Assembly: GCA_943788175.1 (NCBI GenBank)
Contig: CALSPG010000007.1
Location: 320,001 to 384,000, forward strand
From: an uncultured bacterium
Lineage (GTDB): Bacteria > Fidelibacterota > Marinisomatia > Marinisomatales > UBA1611
Reading direction: 5' to 3'
DNA length: 64,000 bases
Positions 7,991-20,009 of the stretch are shown piece after piece; position 1 is the first letter of the stretch; the number at the start of each line of letters is the position of its first letter. The notes under the pieces are model-generated. The model worked only from the letters and a program-made list of their open reading frames with translations, was not told the origin of the DNA and did not search any database. The translations under genes were made by a program, and so were the position numbers.

Positions 7991-10900
7991 TTGTTTAAAA
8001 CATATAAATATCTTTTTCTCTTGGGCATTGTACTGGCAATGGCTAATGCAATACGCCCTTATCAAAATATATTCGCTCAGGGAGATTCTGCAACATCCTC
8101 TAATCACTGAGGAGCGCAAACTATTTCTATACATTCCTGAGTCTGAATTCGTTGTGAATCCTTTTCCTAGTCACATTTTTAATTTGGTACAGCCGCTCGA
8201 TTCTTCATCTAGCCCTAAAGGTATTTTAAATATTAAATATGATAATTTGAAAACAGATATCCTTCTTGCAAAAGATTGGAGCACAATTACCATTAAGCAA
8301 TATGTTGACGGCTATTCTTATAAAATTCCTTTTACGGCTGACGTGGAATGGTATCTAAGAAAATATAATGAACGCAAAAGTTATGCTAAGTTCATTCAAT
8401 TGGTACATCAATCTGCGAAGGATGGTACGAGCAAAAGAAAAGGACAGATGATGGAAGTTGTCGGCATGGACCTTGGAAATCTCGGGCGGGCTTCTTTGAG
8501 CTTAAATGGAAACGTTACAATAACTGGGAATATGATTTTTCAAGATCAAGAGTTAGTGAGGTCTTCATTAAATCAAACTCAAAATACACATCTTGAATTT
8601 GATCAAAAGCAACATCTTAATATCCAGGGAAAAATTGGAGATAGAATTACTGTAAATATGGGATCAAGATTCTGAGAGACAATTTGATTGGGAAAATAAT
8701 ATTCGAATTAATTATGAAGGTTTTGAAGACGATATCATCCAAAAAGTAGAGGCGGGTAATATATCTTTATCTCTGCCATCAACAAAGTATGTAACCTTTT
8801 CAGGAAAAAATCAGGGTCTTTTTGGTATCAAATCAATCTCAAAATTGGGGCCAATTGATATCACGACAATTGCTTCAATTGAAAAAGCCAAAAAAGAACA
8901 GGAAGAGTATAAGGGTGGAGCGCAGTCAAGTACTCAGCAAATCCGTGATGTTGATTGGATAAAAAATAGATACTTTTTTATCCATCCTTGGTTTAGAAAA
9001 CGGTATTGATACTTTGATTGTTAACAATTTGGCAATAAACGATGTAAATATTCCTTCTTTTTATCCGCTCAAAAATGGCCTTCATTACCTTGGGAACCTC
9101 GTAGTCAAAAACTTTGAACTCTATAAGTCTATTAATACAAATGATGCTGGAGCTGTGACAGGTACGGCCTTTATTAATCCGCTGAATTCGACTGATTCTC
9201 TCTATACTGATGATAATGAGACTGGAAATTTCATTCGATTAGAATCCGGAACTAATTATGAAATGAGTGCCGATCTAGGTTACATAAGATTAAGAGATAT
9301 GGTAATGAATGAAATCCTTGGTTGTTCTTTTACCCTGGAAGATCGAAATACTGGACAAACTGTTCTTGAAGTTGGGGCCCCAGCAGATTCGCTCGGAACA
9401 AACTTATCGTTGATGATGCTTAAACCTCGAAATAGCCATCCTAATCACCCGAGCTGGGAACTAATGTTTAAAAATGTTTACTACCTTGGCACAACGCAAA
9501 TAAATCAGGACGGCTTTGAAGTTAACCTAATTAATAAAAGGTCTACTCCTGAAAGTGAGCGCGATAGAACAACAAGCTTACCATATATTACACTGTTTGG
9601 GTTAGACAGTTTAGATGTTAATGGAGTTCGTCAGTACGATGAGATCATTGACTTTCAATCTGGGAATATAATCAATATGTTAAACGGCGAATTACTAATA
9701 CCCTCCTTGCATCCTTTTGCTTTAATAGATTCACTAGAAGGTGGGAATAGTGTTGAAGCTTTGAAGAGTCAACTTGGTTCAGGAAAGATGTATACTTCTT
9801 CGATATCTTCGGAAATAAATAGTGACAATAGATTTGTTATCGAGACTAAATACAGTAACCAAAGTTCGACTATTAACCTGGGATTTATGTTGGTTGAAGG
9901 TAGTGAAGAAGTTGTTCAGAACAATATTGTTTTAAAAAGAGGTATGGATTATCAAATAGATTACTTCACAGGAACTATCGTTTTAATGGGAAGTGCAGCT
10001 GATGATCCAAATGCTGATTTAAAAGTTCGTTATGATAGACATGAAATTGTTTCATTTGACAAAAAAACTATATTTGGTACACGAGCTCAAATGGATTTAG
10101 GCGAGAAGTCATTTATAGGTGCTACGGCACTTTATTATAATCAATCAATTATGAATCAAAAAATTGAAGTTGGTTATGAGCCAACGCGAAATTTCATATG
10201 GGATTTGAACGGAAGGTATGAATGGGAATTAGATGGTATTACTCGTTTATTGGATCGTTTTCCTATCATTGAAACTGATAAAATGACGAGTTTATCCATT
10301 GAGGGTGAAATTGCTCAAGTTCTGCCAAACCCCAATTCAATAAGTAATTCGGCAACTGGAGACCCAAATGGTGTTGCCTTTATTGATGATTTTGAGGGTT
10401 CTAAAAGGACCACTTCACCATCTATTCAAAGACGTTTTTGGAAACAGTCCTCTGCTCCAAATTTTTATGATACAGAATTAAATATTTTTGGAGGAGAATA
10501 TTCTCAAAGAAACCGAGGTGAATTATTTTGGTACAATCCTTATATACCTGTAAGAACACGAGAAATTTGGCCCAATCAGTCAACTTCGGTGCAAGCTGGA
10601 AATGAAACCACAGATGTTTTAGTGCTACGATATCGTAAAAGATCCCATCAAAAAAATATAGATAATGATTCATCCTGGGTTGGTATTTCAACTTCTTTAT
10701 ATTCAGGAGATTATGATCAGACTCAAAGTAAATTTTTTGAAATATGGCTTAAAGGGAATGAAGGAAATCTAGCAATAGATCTTGGTAAAATAAGTGAAGA
10801 TTGGGATGGGAATGGTATTTTAAATACAGAAGATATTCCTGAAGCTGGATTAACACTTGGGAATGGTTTTCTTGAAGATCCTGAGGATACCGGACTTGAT

Positions 10901-13900
10901 GGCTGTTTTGATGATTACGAAAATGGTTGGGGTGGGTGTTTAGAAGACAATACTTACCAATTCTACGTAGAGCAAAATGAAACTAATATTATTAATGTTG
11001 GCTATGATGTCGACCCTTATGATCCGAATGGAGATAACTGGAATTATGATCAGGGGAGCAGTAACTATTCTAAAGCGAATGGAACTGAAGGCAATGGAAC
11101 TGGTTCCAAAATCCAAGAGGGTGGGAAGTATCCAGACACTGAAGATTTAGACCGTTCAGGGTTTATTGACAAAGTGAATGATTATTTTTCTACAAGTTTT
11201 GACCTAACGGACACTACTTATTTAGCTGGACAAACAGAAAAGAACGGTATAGAAACTGGATGGAAATTATTTAGAATACCTCTTTCAGATTTTAAGAACT
11301 CCGGTTCTACTGAATGGAATGAGATTAGGTATATAAGAATGTCAGTATCTGGTTTTGATTCAATTTACTCGTCTATTCAGGTTGCAAAAATTGAAATAGT
11401 AGGTAATGAATGGCAAGAGTTAGGAGTTTTTTCTCCCTCAAACGATAGTGAAGACAACAATACGGTAAACTTAAAAAAAGAAAATAAAATTTTAAATTCT
11501 TCTTCTAGTTTTTCAATGGATAATCACGATACTCCCTCATTTCAAATTGCGGTTATCAATACAGAGGATAATGCGGAATATGTTCCTCCTGATGGAGTGC
11601 AAGGTGAGTATGATAGGATTAATCAAATAAGATCAAAAGAACAATCGCTCGTGATGAAGTTTGATAATTTGCCTCCGCTGCATTCTGGGTCTGCTCAAAA
11701 GACACTTTATACTTTAAATGATGATCAAAAAAGAAGTTTCATGACGTATGATTTAATGAAGATGTATGTATATGGAAATAGTCAATGGATGACCCATCTT
11801 AATACAGATATTGAACTATTCCTTCGCTTTGGTCTTGGTGATGATTATTATGAAGTAACCCAACCTGTTTACAGTGGCTGGGATGAAGATAAAGGCAGAA
11901 ATAGTATTGAGCTTCAACTGGATTGGTTAGCTGAATTAAAATTAAAAGATTCTACATCAGTAAAAAGGTATAAGCAGACAGATGTGTTTATTGACTCCGC
12001 TGATGTAAAAAGATACTTATATACTGATGATGAAGGAATCCAAACAGGAAAAAGAATTTATATCAAAGGCAAGCCAGCATTAAACAGAATTCAGTATTTT
12101 ATAATGGGAGTAAGAAATACATCGGACGAGATTGTTGATGGTGAGGTCTGGGTTGATGAATTGAGGCTTAGCGGTGTTAAAAAAGACAGAGGTGTGGCGA
12201 TGAGAGTCCAGTCTTCTCTGAAACTTGCAGACTTAGGTTCTGCAAACTTTACGTATAGTAGGCAAGATGCAGATTTTCATCGATTACAAGAAAGATTATC
12301 GAGGGGTACAAGTACAGCTGAAAACTTTAATGTTTCTGGGCGATTAGATTTACACCGTTTTTTACCGAGGTCCTGGGGGTTTATTTTACCCGTAAATGCT
12401 TCTATCAGTAGTGCAACAAACACACCAAAATATTTTCCAGGAGAAGATATCTTAGTAGATCAAAATGCTGCTCCCGATACAATCATAGCACAAAGTCAAA
12501 CTATAAGTTTTAGTGCGTCATTGGGAAAAACTTCAAAATCAGATAATAAACTAGTAAAGTATACGATTGATAATATAAAAACTAACTTCAGCGCATCTCA
12601 ATCAAGATCTTCAGATATAACCTATACTCAAAAATGGTCAGAATCGTATTCAGGAAAGGTTAGTTATAGTTTACCTTTTGGAAGAGATAATTATGTAAGC
12701 CCTCTGAAGTGGGTAAAAGAATTTCCGTTGGTTGGTTCTTTAAGTGACTGGCAAATTTATTATACTCCATCCGGATTTAATACAACTATGAGTTTTACAG
12801 AAAAACTATCATGGAATGAGACAAGATCATCAATAAGGTCTCCAGATAGTTATAACTTTGGCTTGAGTAGGAATATGAACTTGGATTATAAAATCACAAA
12901 TAATTTAGCAACAAAATATGCTTGGACAGGTTCTAGTAAATTAAATGATTACAGAGGATATGCCTGGGTTGCTTTAAAGAACCTCGACCCAGGTTTGGTT
13001 ACAAACGTGACTGAAACGATGAATACAACATACAGTCCTAAATTTTTACAATGGTTAAAACCAAATTTGAGTTATTCTGCTAGCTATCGCTGGACTAATG
13101 ATTTATCTAGAGAAGGACAAAATATTAGTTCAAACCTTAGATTTAATTCGAGCTTTACAATCACTCCAGTTCAAATACTTGAATTTTTTTATAAACCGCC
13201 TAGAAAACAGAGCAGAAATAGTATAAGGTCCAGGGGCAGTAGATCGAGGTCACGATCAAGGGCAGCTAAACAAAATGAGAGTTCAAAGAAAAAGAAAGAA
13301 TCAAAAGAAATTAAGTCGCTTACCTTTGTTCATGGTATAGTAGATAAAGTAAATCCAATATCTTTAAGCTATACTGAAACATTAAATAGGTCCTCAAACC
13401 AAGTTATTGGCGATGTGCCGGTAGGTTATAAGTTCGGTTGGATGCCAGAGCATGGTTTAGTTCAATCTTCTGAAGTAGGTTCAAACCTTGGTAGTTGGGA
13501 CCATAAAAGAGATGGTTCTGTTCGCTCAGGGATTAAGCTTTCTAGATTAATTACTGTTAATTTTAATTTTTCTCAAAACTTTTCTAGTGTTATAAGCGGT
13601 TCGGGAATTGAACAACGAACAATGTCAAGAGATTATATTGCGGTTGATGAATTTTTTAGTACTGGCATGCCTTTCCCAGGGTGGAGTTTTAGATTAGCTG
13701 GTGTAGAAAAATGGCCAATAATTAAATGGGTAGCAAAGTCTGCTTCCATTGATCATAGTTATGCTGGGAAAGAAACTCGATCTTGGCAGTTCGAAGACAT
13801 TACGCCTGATAATATTAATTTTTTTAAGTTAGCCAACTTCGTTGATGACAATAAAGATTATGAAAGATCTTCAAGGATTAACATGAATTTTTCTCCTTTA

Positions 13901-14338
13901 ATTGGTTTTAATATGAGTTTGAAGAAAAATATTTCTGTTACGTTTAGACACAACCGAAACTTATCATTAGATGAGCTTCCAACCGGGCTTACAATAAGAA
14001 AAGATCATAGTTATACATCTACTGCATCTTATACACATAGAGGTGGAATGACTATACCATTGCCTTATTATGGGAATATCAAATTAAATAATAATATAAG
14101 TTTTACTTTAAATTTCGATATGAATGATAGCAAAGAGTTTAAATCGGGCGATAAAATAGATCTTGAGGAAGGCGCATTTTCATCAAATTGGAAAACGGGT
14201 TTGAGGATTTCATATCAATTCTCAAATAAGATTTCCGGGGGTTTGAGGTATGAATACAGAGAAAGTGATAGTCGAACAATGGGGGAAAAAGTGGACAGAG
14301 ATTTTGGTTTTGACATTAACATTGCGATAACAGGGTGA
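7991..14338 (+). CDS. sprA: T9SS outer-membrane translocon SprA/Sov homologue, broken by three +1 frameshifts (~8100, ~8660, ~9000)
   Basis: Signal peptide MFKTYKYLFLLGIVLAMANA from TTG 7991; gap frame reads FDWENNIRINYEGFEDDIIQKVEAGNISLSLP...QGLFGIK; then WELMFKNVYYLG, DYQIDYFTG, FIDDFEGS, GEVWVDELRL, all SprA-type motifs. Confidence 0.88.
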
Positions 14339-15264
14339 TGCGGTTAATAATAATAGTTTTTATTATATCAATGGCCAACCTCGGTTGTGAAACTGTTATG
14401 CCTATTTTTAATGAGGATAAAGCATTTAATCATCTTTTAGCTCAATGTGAATTTGGTCCAAGAAATCCGGGCTCAGATGGGCACATGAAGACGAAAAAAT
14501 ATATATTGAATTTTGTTCAGGAAAGAGCTGACACAGTTATTGTTCAAGAGTTCTCATTTAAAAGCGCTCTTGAAAACAAAAACCATAAAGGAACAAATAT
14601 TATTGCGAGGGTTAATCCAACAAGTAATACTCAAATTCTAATTGGCGCGCATTGGGATACCCGTCCACTAGCTGATCAAGACGAAGACAGTAGAAACTAT
14701 GAAAAGCCTATATTAGGTGCTAACGACGGTGCATCGGGTGTAGCTGTTCTTTTGGAATTGGTTGATCTATTAAAAGCTAATCGCCCCGATATTGGCATTA
14801 ATTTCGTTTTTTTTGACGCAGAGGATAGCGGCGTTTCTGGTGAAAATGAAAGCTATTGCCAAGGGTCTATTTACTTTGCGAAAAATCTACCGATAAAAAA
14901 TATAAAAGAAGCAATAATCTTAGATATGGTGGGAGATAAACAGCTCTCTCTACCCATTGAACGGAATTCTTTAAATTTTCACGGTCAATTAATTCGAAAA
15001 TTATGGGATAGGGCTAAAACTTTAAAACTAGATGCTTTTAAAGGTGTAGTTGGTCCTTTGATCTATGATGACCATGTGCCATTATATCAGTATGCGGGAA
15101 TACCATCGATTGACATTATAGATTTTAGATATCCAAATGCTTTTACAAACTATTGGCATACTGTTGAAGACACTCCAGAAAATTGCAGCCCTGAAAGTCT
15201 TGGGCAGGTAGGTAGTTTAATGGTGGATTACATATTTAATCGTAAATTTTATAATGATAATTAA
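14335..15264 (+). CDS. M28-family lipoprotein, probable Zn-dependent glutaminyl cyclase
   Basis: Lipobox ANLGC; GAHWDTRP, GANDGASG, FFDAEDSG, LDMVG, DDHVP, YWHT motifs. Confidence 0.8.
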   Translation: MMRLIIIVFIISMANLGCETVMPIFNEDKAFNHLLAQCEFGPRNPGSDGHMKTKKYILNFVQERADTVIVQEFSFKSALENKNHKGTNIIARVNPTSNTQILIGAHWDTRPLADQDEDSRNYEKPILGANDGASGVAVLLELVDLLKANRPDIGINFVFFDAEDSGVSGENESYCQGSIYFAKNLPIKNIKEAIILDMVGDKQLSLPIERNSLNFHGQLIRKLWDRAKTLKLDAFKGVVGPLIYDDHVPLYQYAGIPSIDIIDFRYPNAFTNYWHTVEDTPENCSPESLGQVGSLMVDYIFNRKFYNDN

Positions 15265-16126
15265 GATGTATAAAAATATAATGAAAATAAAATTTTACAA
15301 TTATTTCGTTATAACTACTATTTTTCTAATTGTTGGCTGTGAAGTCAAGGAGCTAGATGATAATGAAATGGTTTATATTTCTGATACACAATTTAATTTT
15401 CACCAGAATACTAATGAATTATATATTAGTTCAAAAGTTGAGCCTGAGTTTGAAGGTAAAGAGCTCGATAAAGTTATAGTAGAGTGGTTTGGAACTGATT
15501 TAGAAAATACAGCAGATAGTTTGATACTTTTAGATGATGGTACTAGTGGTGACATTATATCGATAGATAATATTTTTACAATTAAAATTGATAATGACAG
15601 TTTAAATATTAAAAACACTTTAGGTGATGATTCCGGAAGTGTTTATCTAAATGTTTTAGCGGTCTACATTGGAAAAATAGAACAACAATCATCTTCTTTT
15701 AGAATAGGGAATATAATTCCGCGAATAATTAATATAAATGCTGATTCAGTCATAACTCGGCCTAGTGGAGCGACTCTTTCTTTGCATTTAGTAGGGGCTG
15801 AAGTTTTTGATGCAGACGGATTAAATAATGTTAAATGGGTTGGGTTTACCTCTTTTCACATTGAAGGTGATTCTATAATGAACGGCGGTAATTATATTTA
15901 TTTATATGATGATGGAAGCAGTGATGTGATTTATTTACCTGATATTACTAGCGGAGATATTTTAGGGGGAGATGGAATTTATAGTTTTAAAATTCCTGTA
16001 TTTGGCAGTGGAAATACTGATCCAAACTACCAAACAAAAACAGGGACATTCCGTTGGGACTTTGTAGCTCAAGATAAAAATGATGAATATAGTTTAAGTG
16101 CGTCACATGAAGTTGTCATACAATAG
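15254..16126 (+). CDS. Lipoprotein with two choice-of-anchor-X-like (LxDDG..GD...D.I[FY]) repeats; start probably 15281
   Basis: Lipobox LIVGC; LLDDGTSGDIISIDNIFT and LYDDGSSD...GDILGGDGIYS. Confidence 0.7.
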   Translation: MIIKMYKNIMKIKFYNYFVITTIFLIVGCEVKELDDNEMVYISDTQFNFHQNTNELYISSKVEPEFEGKELDKVIVEWFGTDLENTADSLILLDDGTSGDIISIDNIFTIKIDNDSLNIKNTLGDDSGSVYLNVLAVYIGKIEQQSSSFRIGNIIPRIININADSVITRPSGATLSLHLVGAEVFDADGLNNVKWVGFTSFHIEGDSIMNGGNYIYLYDDGSSDVIYLPDITSGDILGGDGIYSFKIPVFGSGNTDPNYQTKTGTFRWDFVAQDKNDEYSLSASHEVVIQ

Positions 16127-18203
16127 ATTAATTATTTATACACTGCTCTCAGCACTAGGTTTTAGTCAAAACCCTAGTCCTTACAGGTATAGCTTAAAAT
16201 CAACTACTGATGGAGAGACATCTTTTTTTGAGGATGGTTTTAATAGTAATGTAGTTGCAGAAATTAAACTGATGAGTGATTCTCTAACTTGGTTTGGAAC
16301 GGGGAGAGGATTGTCATTATATGATGGAAAAAGTGCATTTACATATCAATCTACCACAGACTCTATTGTTGATATATTTACAAATCCTAGCTCTGTAACC
16401 AGTGTCTTGCCAAGCGGTGGGGTTTCAGCAATTGCAACATCAAATGATACTCTTTTAGTTGCATTTGCTGGTGATGATAACAACACACCATTAGGACTGG
16501 GTCTTGCAATAGCTTTTAAGGCGGGCTCATGGTATGAAACAGAGCCAACTGAAATAATGTCTTTTGATTTTTTATGGGATAGTCTCGCTGTTGATACCCT
16601 TAATGGTGTTTATTTTGGATTTGACAGTGAGTATGAAATAGGAACTGGATACAAAGGAACTTTTATAGTTTTAGGCCCCTTGACAGAAGCAGTGAAGACA
16701 ACAATCTCAGATAGCGTCAAAACTAATACTATTATCAAAATTACTAATTCTGATTTATCTAAAACATTAAGTTTTACTGTTCAGTCAATAACCGATTATA
16801 GTACAGCTCAAGTTCAATTAATTATTCAGTCCGGATCAATAAATTATAGCTCAATTAATGATGTTGGTTTTTTAAATGGTGAAACAGTTAAACTCAATAT
16901 AACAAAAGCCACAAAGGCTATAGCTTGGCAGTTTCTTCCTCAACCAGTGGATACTGATTTAGATATAGAAGTTCCTTTTGGGGAAGGTTATTTTTGGCAA
17001 TTACCTGTCACTGTATCTCAGGCAAATGTCACTTACGATGCTTCAATTTCAGGTAAATATTTATATGTAGCTAGCTGGGCTGGAGGTCTTCGCAGGTACG
17101 ACTTATCAATCAATTTAAGAAAGCCTCAAAATATTCCAATGCCTATGGATTGGCAATCGCAATTATCTACATGTCAGGATAGCGCTTATATAGATACTTT
17201 ATCAAAAATAACGGGCGATCCTATTTCTGTTCTAAAAAATTATTACTTAAATCCGCGTGACCCTGCTGACGGAGGGAATCACAATCATAAAGCTTTTTCA
17301 GTCCTAGCTTACGACAATAGAGTCTGGGTAGGGACTGCAAACGGTCTCAATAAAGGTAGGATTGTTGAAGAAATAATTCAGATATCGGAAAATGAATATG
17401 AAATTTTAAGCTGCATAGAATGGGACCATTACAAATACCCTTCAAATGGAATTTCAGGCAACTTTGTTGTTGCCTTGGGAAAACAAATCTGGAATAATCA
17501 AACCACAATTTGGGCAGCAACTGTTAGTACAGGTGAAAGTGGTGAAAACCAAGGCTTAAGTTATTCAAGAGATGATGGAGCCTCCTGGAAAACAGCCTTG
17601 CTTGGAGAGAGGGTATATAATATTGATGCAAAAGATTCTTTGGTTTTTGTATCTACTTCTTCTGGCCTTTGGAAGAGTTTAGATGGTGAAAATTGGGCTA
17701 AGTTCGACCCGGCAATCGAAAAAAGCCTTTTAAATCAAAGACAAATTCTTACAAATAGTGTCTATGCTGCAAAAATTGACAGTAGGGATTCAATTCCCAA
17801 ACTTTGGGTTGGAACTCCAGACGGTGTAGCTTTATCTCTAAATACTCAAGGTGATGATTGGAAAATTTTTCAAGCCGATCATGATATTGATGAAGTATAT
17901 GCTTATCCCAATCCTTTTTCTCCTCTCACTCATAATATGCTAGATAGTGATGGTTACGTTCGATTCCACGTTGGAAACATTGTTAATAAAGAGGTTAAAA
18001 TAGATATTTTTAATTTTGCTATGGAAAAAGTTCACTCAAAAAAGTACAACCTCAATTCTTACTACGGTGCTATCAAGTGGGATGGTAGAGATATGTTAGG
18101 TAATCATGTCGCCAACGGAGTTTATTTTATTCGAATTAATTATTCGAAATCAAGAAATCAATCTCCTGGTGATAATTGGACGAAATTAATAATTGTAAAA
18201 TGA
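16098..18203 (+). CDS. Beta-propeller protein with C-terminal T9SS/FlgD-Ig sorting domain (PorZ-like architecture)
   Basis: WFGTGRGLS, VWVGTANGL, LWVGTPDGV blades; SRDDGASW Asp-box; VYAYPNPF...WDGRD...VANGVYF. Confidence 0.75.
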   Translation: MRHMKLSYNRLIIYTLLSALGFSQNPSPYRYSLKSTTDGETSFFEDGFNSNVVAEIKLMSDSLTWFGTGRGLSLYDGKSAFTYQSTTDSIVDIFTNPSSVTSVLPSGGVSAIATSNDTLLVAFAGDDNNTPLGLGLAIAFKAGSWYETEPTEIMSFDFLWDSLAVDTLNGVYFGFDSEYEIGTGYKGTFIVLGPLTEAVKTTISDSVKTNTIIKITNSDLSKTLSFTVQSITDYSTAQVQLIIQSGSINYSSINDVGFLNGETVKLNITKATKAIAWQFLPQPVDTDLDIEVPFGEGYFWQLPVTVSQANVTYDASISGKYLYVASWAGGLRRYDLSINLRKPQNIPMPMDWQSQLSTCQDSAYIDTLSKITGDPISVLKNYYLNPRDPADGGNHNHKAFSVLAYDNRVWVGTANGLNKGRIVEEIIQISENEYEILSCIEWDHYKYPSNGISGNFVVALGKQIWNNQTTIWAATVSTGESGENQGLSYSRDDGASWKTALLGERVYNIDAKDSLVFVSTSSGLWKSLDGENWAKFDPAIEKSLLNQRQILTNSVYAAKIDSRDSIPKLWVGTPDGVALSLNTQGDDWKIFQADHDIDEVYAYPNPFSPLTHNMLDSDGYVRFHVGNIVNKEVKIDIFNFAMEKVHSKKYNLNSYYGAIKWDGRDMLGNHVANGVYFIRINYSKSRNQSPGDNWTKLIIVK

Positions 18204-19147
18204 AAAAATATTTAATTCATACTATCTTTATTTTCTCATTTTCATTGTCGCAGGATTATGCGGGATTATCAGGTAGTTTTTTAAGAGTTGGTGTTACCGC
18301 AAGGTCTATTGCAATGGGCGGTGCATTTACAGCAGAAAAGGACCATGGTTTTTCTACTTTTTATAACCCAGCTTGGGCTGCTTTCCTAGTTGATAGGCAA
18401 GTTGGTCTTTCCTACTCTAGTATGTCCTTAGATAGAAGATTATCTGGGCTTAGTTTTGCTACTCCCCTTCCTCCAACCGCTGGTCTAGGAATTGCTTGGG
18501 TAAGCGCTGGTGTTACAGATATTCAGGGTAGAAGTAGTGCGGGAGAAAAGACAACAGTTATGCAGACAAGTGAAGATGCTTTGATGGTTTCTTTTGCTCA
18601 GAGAATTTTACCTTGGTTTTCTTTTGGCGTAAATATCAAAATACTTCAAAATCAGTTACCGATAAATGAGTCCTATAAAGGAAGTGGTATTGGATTTGAT
18701 GTTGGATTATTGTTTAAATCTGGAAAATCGACAACTTTTGGTTTAATGATTCAAGATATTAATTCTATGTATAATTGGGATTCAGGCGACTTATATGCTC
18801 AAGGAAGAATTTATAGCGAGTATTTTCCTACGATATATAGGTTTGGGACAAAGTTTAATTATAAAAGTATAAGAGTAGTCGCTGATGCGGGGTTTATCAC
18901 TAATTATAGGATTGGTAAAGAACTATCAGAGGATATATTTATCAATTTAATGCCAAGGGTTGGAGTAGAGTACACTTATCAGGATCTATACTTTTTTAGA
19001 GGTGGGTTAGGTAACGGGCGAATAGCATTTGGTTGGGGCTTAGAGTATGACTTAATAAAAAATCACGATTCTCGTATAGATTACACATTTTCAATGGACT
19101 GGGCATCTCAGTTAGCACATACATTATCATATGCATTCAATTTCTAG
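18200..19147 (+). CDS. PorV/PorQ-family outer-membrane barrel
   Basis: FLRVGVTARSIAMGGAF...FYNPA hallmark; C-terminal YAFNF; MKKYL start overlaps upstream stop. Confidence 0.85.
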   Translation: MKKYLIHTIFIFSFSLSQDYAGLSGSFLRVGVTARSIAMGGAFTAEKDHGFSTFYNPAWAAFLVDRQVGLSYSSMSLDRRLSGLSFATPLPPTAGLGIAWVSAGVTDIQGRSSAGEKTTVMQTSEDALMVSFAQRILPWFSFGVNIKILQNQLPINESYKGSGIGFDVGLLFKSGKSTTFGLMIQDINSMYNWDSGDLYAQGRIYSEYFPTIYRFGTKFNYKSIRVVADAGFITNYRIGKELSEDIFINLMPRVGVEYTYQDLYFFRGGLGNGRIAFGWGLEYDLIKNHDSRIDYTFSMDWASQLAHTLSYAFNF

Positions 19148-20009
19148 AAAAACTTTTCTACTTTTTTGCGCATTACAATCTGTATCACCAGCGCTTGGGA
19201 CAAATTTTCTAAATTTCTCAGAAAATGCAAATGATTTAGCTTTAGGGAGACATCCCTCCGTAGGTGGTTCATCGGTAGTAAATCCATCTCTTATTAGACA
19301 GCATCATGAGAGTCCTATCTTTTTCATTAACTCTGGTAGCTGGTATGGCGATATTTCTATTTCAGGGCTTAACTATGTTCACAAAGTTGGAAATTATAAC
19401 AATAGGTTATTTTTAAAACAGGCAGAGATTAACGATCTAGAGTTTAGGGGATCTGAACCATCAGACGATCCGAATGCAATGTTTTCCGCATATGGCTTTC
19501 AATTGGGTTCTGGAATTTCTATAAAAAATGATCTTGGAGATTTTGGGGTATCAATAAGCTATTTATCCATTGGTATTTATGATCAAAATTCTAAGGGTTT
19601 TATTATCGATCTAGGGTATTCTAAATTATTATTGAATGGATGGAATATGGGCTTATCTGTTTTAAATATTGGTCACATTACAAAGTTGTATCAAGAAGTA
19701 CCTAAGCTACCTACTTTATTTTTAATTGGCGGTTCAAAAAGTTTTAGAGTTATCAATATAAGTAATAAGATTTACACAACGGCCGAATATTCTACTTTAG
19801 ATGCTATTTGGAAATTAAAATTGGGTTTGGATTTTGGATTGGAAAAAATAAAAATATTAACCGGCTATTCCATCGACAAGCATTCAGCAGCTTTTTCATT
19901 TGGTGGTGGTATTAGTTCTGGTCGATTTGGAGTTACATATGCTATTAAATTTGGTTCTCAAAAAATAGGGAACCCAAAAGTTTTAAGCCTTAGTTATATT
20001 TTACCCTGA
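19131..20009 (+). CDS. Divergent PorV/PorQ-family barrel
   Basis: FLNFSENANDLALG...VVNPS degenerate hallmark; DLG, GLSVLNIG, LPT motifs. Confidence 0.7.
   Translation: MHSISRKTFLLFCALQSVSPALGTNFLNFSENANDLALGRHPSVGGSSVVNPSLIRQHHESPIFFINSGSWYGDISISGLNYVHKVGNYNNRLFLKQAEINDLEFRGSEPSDDPNAMFSAYGFQLGSGISIKNDLGDFGVSISYLSIGIYDQNSKGFIIDLGYSKLLLNGWNMGLSVLNIGHITKLYQEVPKLPTLFLIGGSKSFRVINISNKIYTTAEYSTLDAIWKLKLGLDFGLEKIKILTGYSIDKHSAAFSFGGGISSGRFGVTYAIKFGSQKIGNPKVLSLSYILP

Noticed and set aside
8028-8675. Stand-alone 215-aa gene
   Set aside because: It is an internal fragment of frameshifted sprA; the real signal peptide starts at 7991 in another frame
7862-9000. Programmed ribosomal frameshifting or true pseudogenisation of rdgB/sprA
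   Set aside because: Several independent +1 indels in ~1.2 kb, no stimulatory structure seen and no nonsense decay; assembly error is more parsimonious
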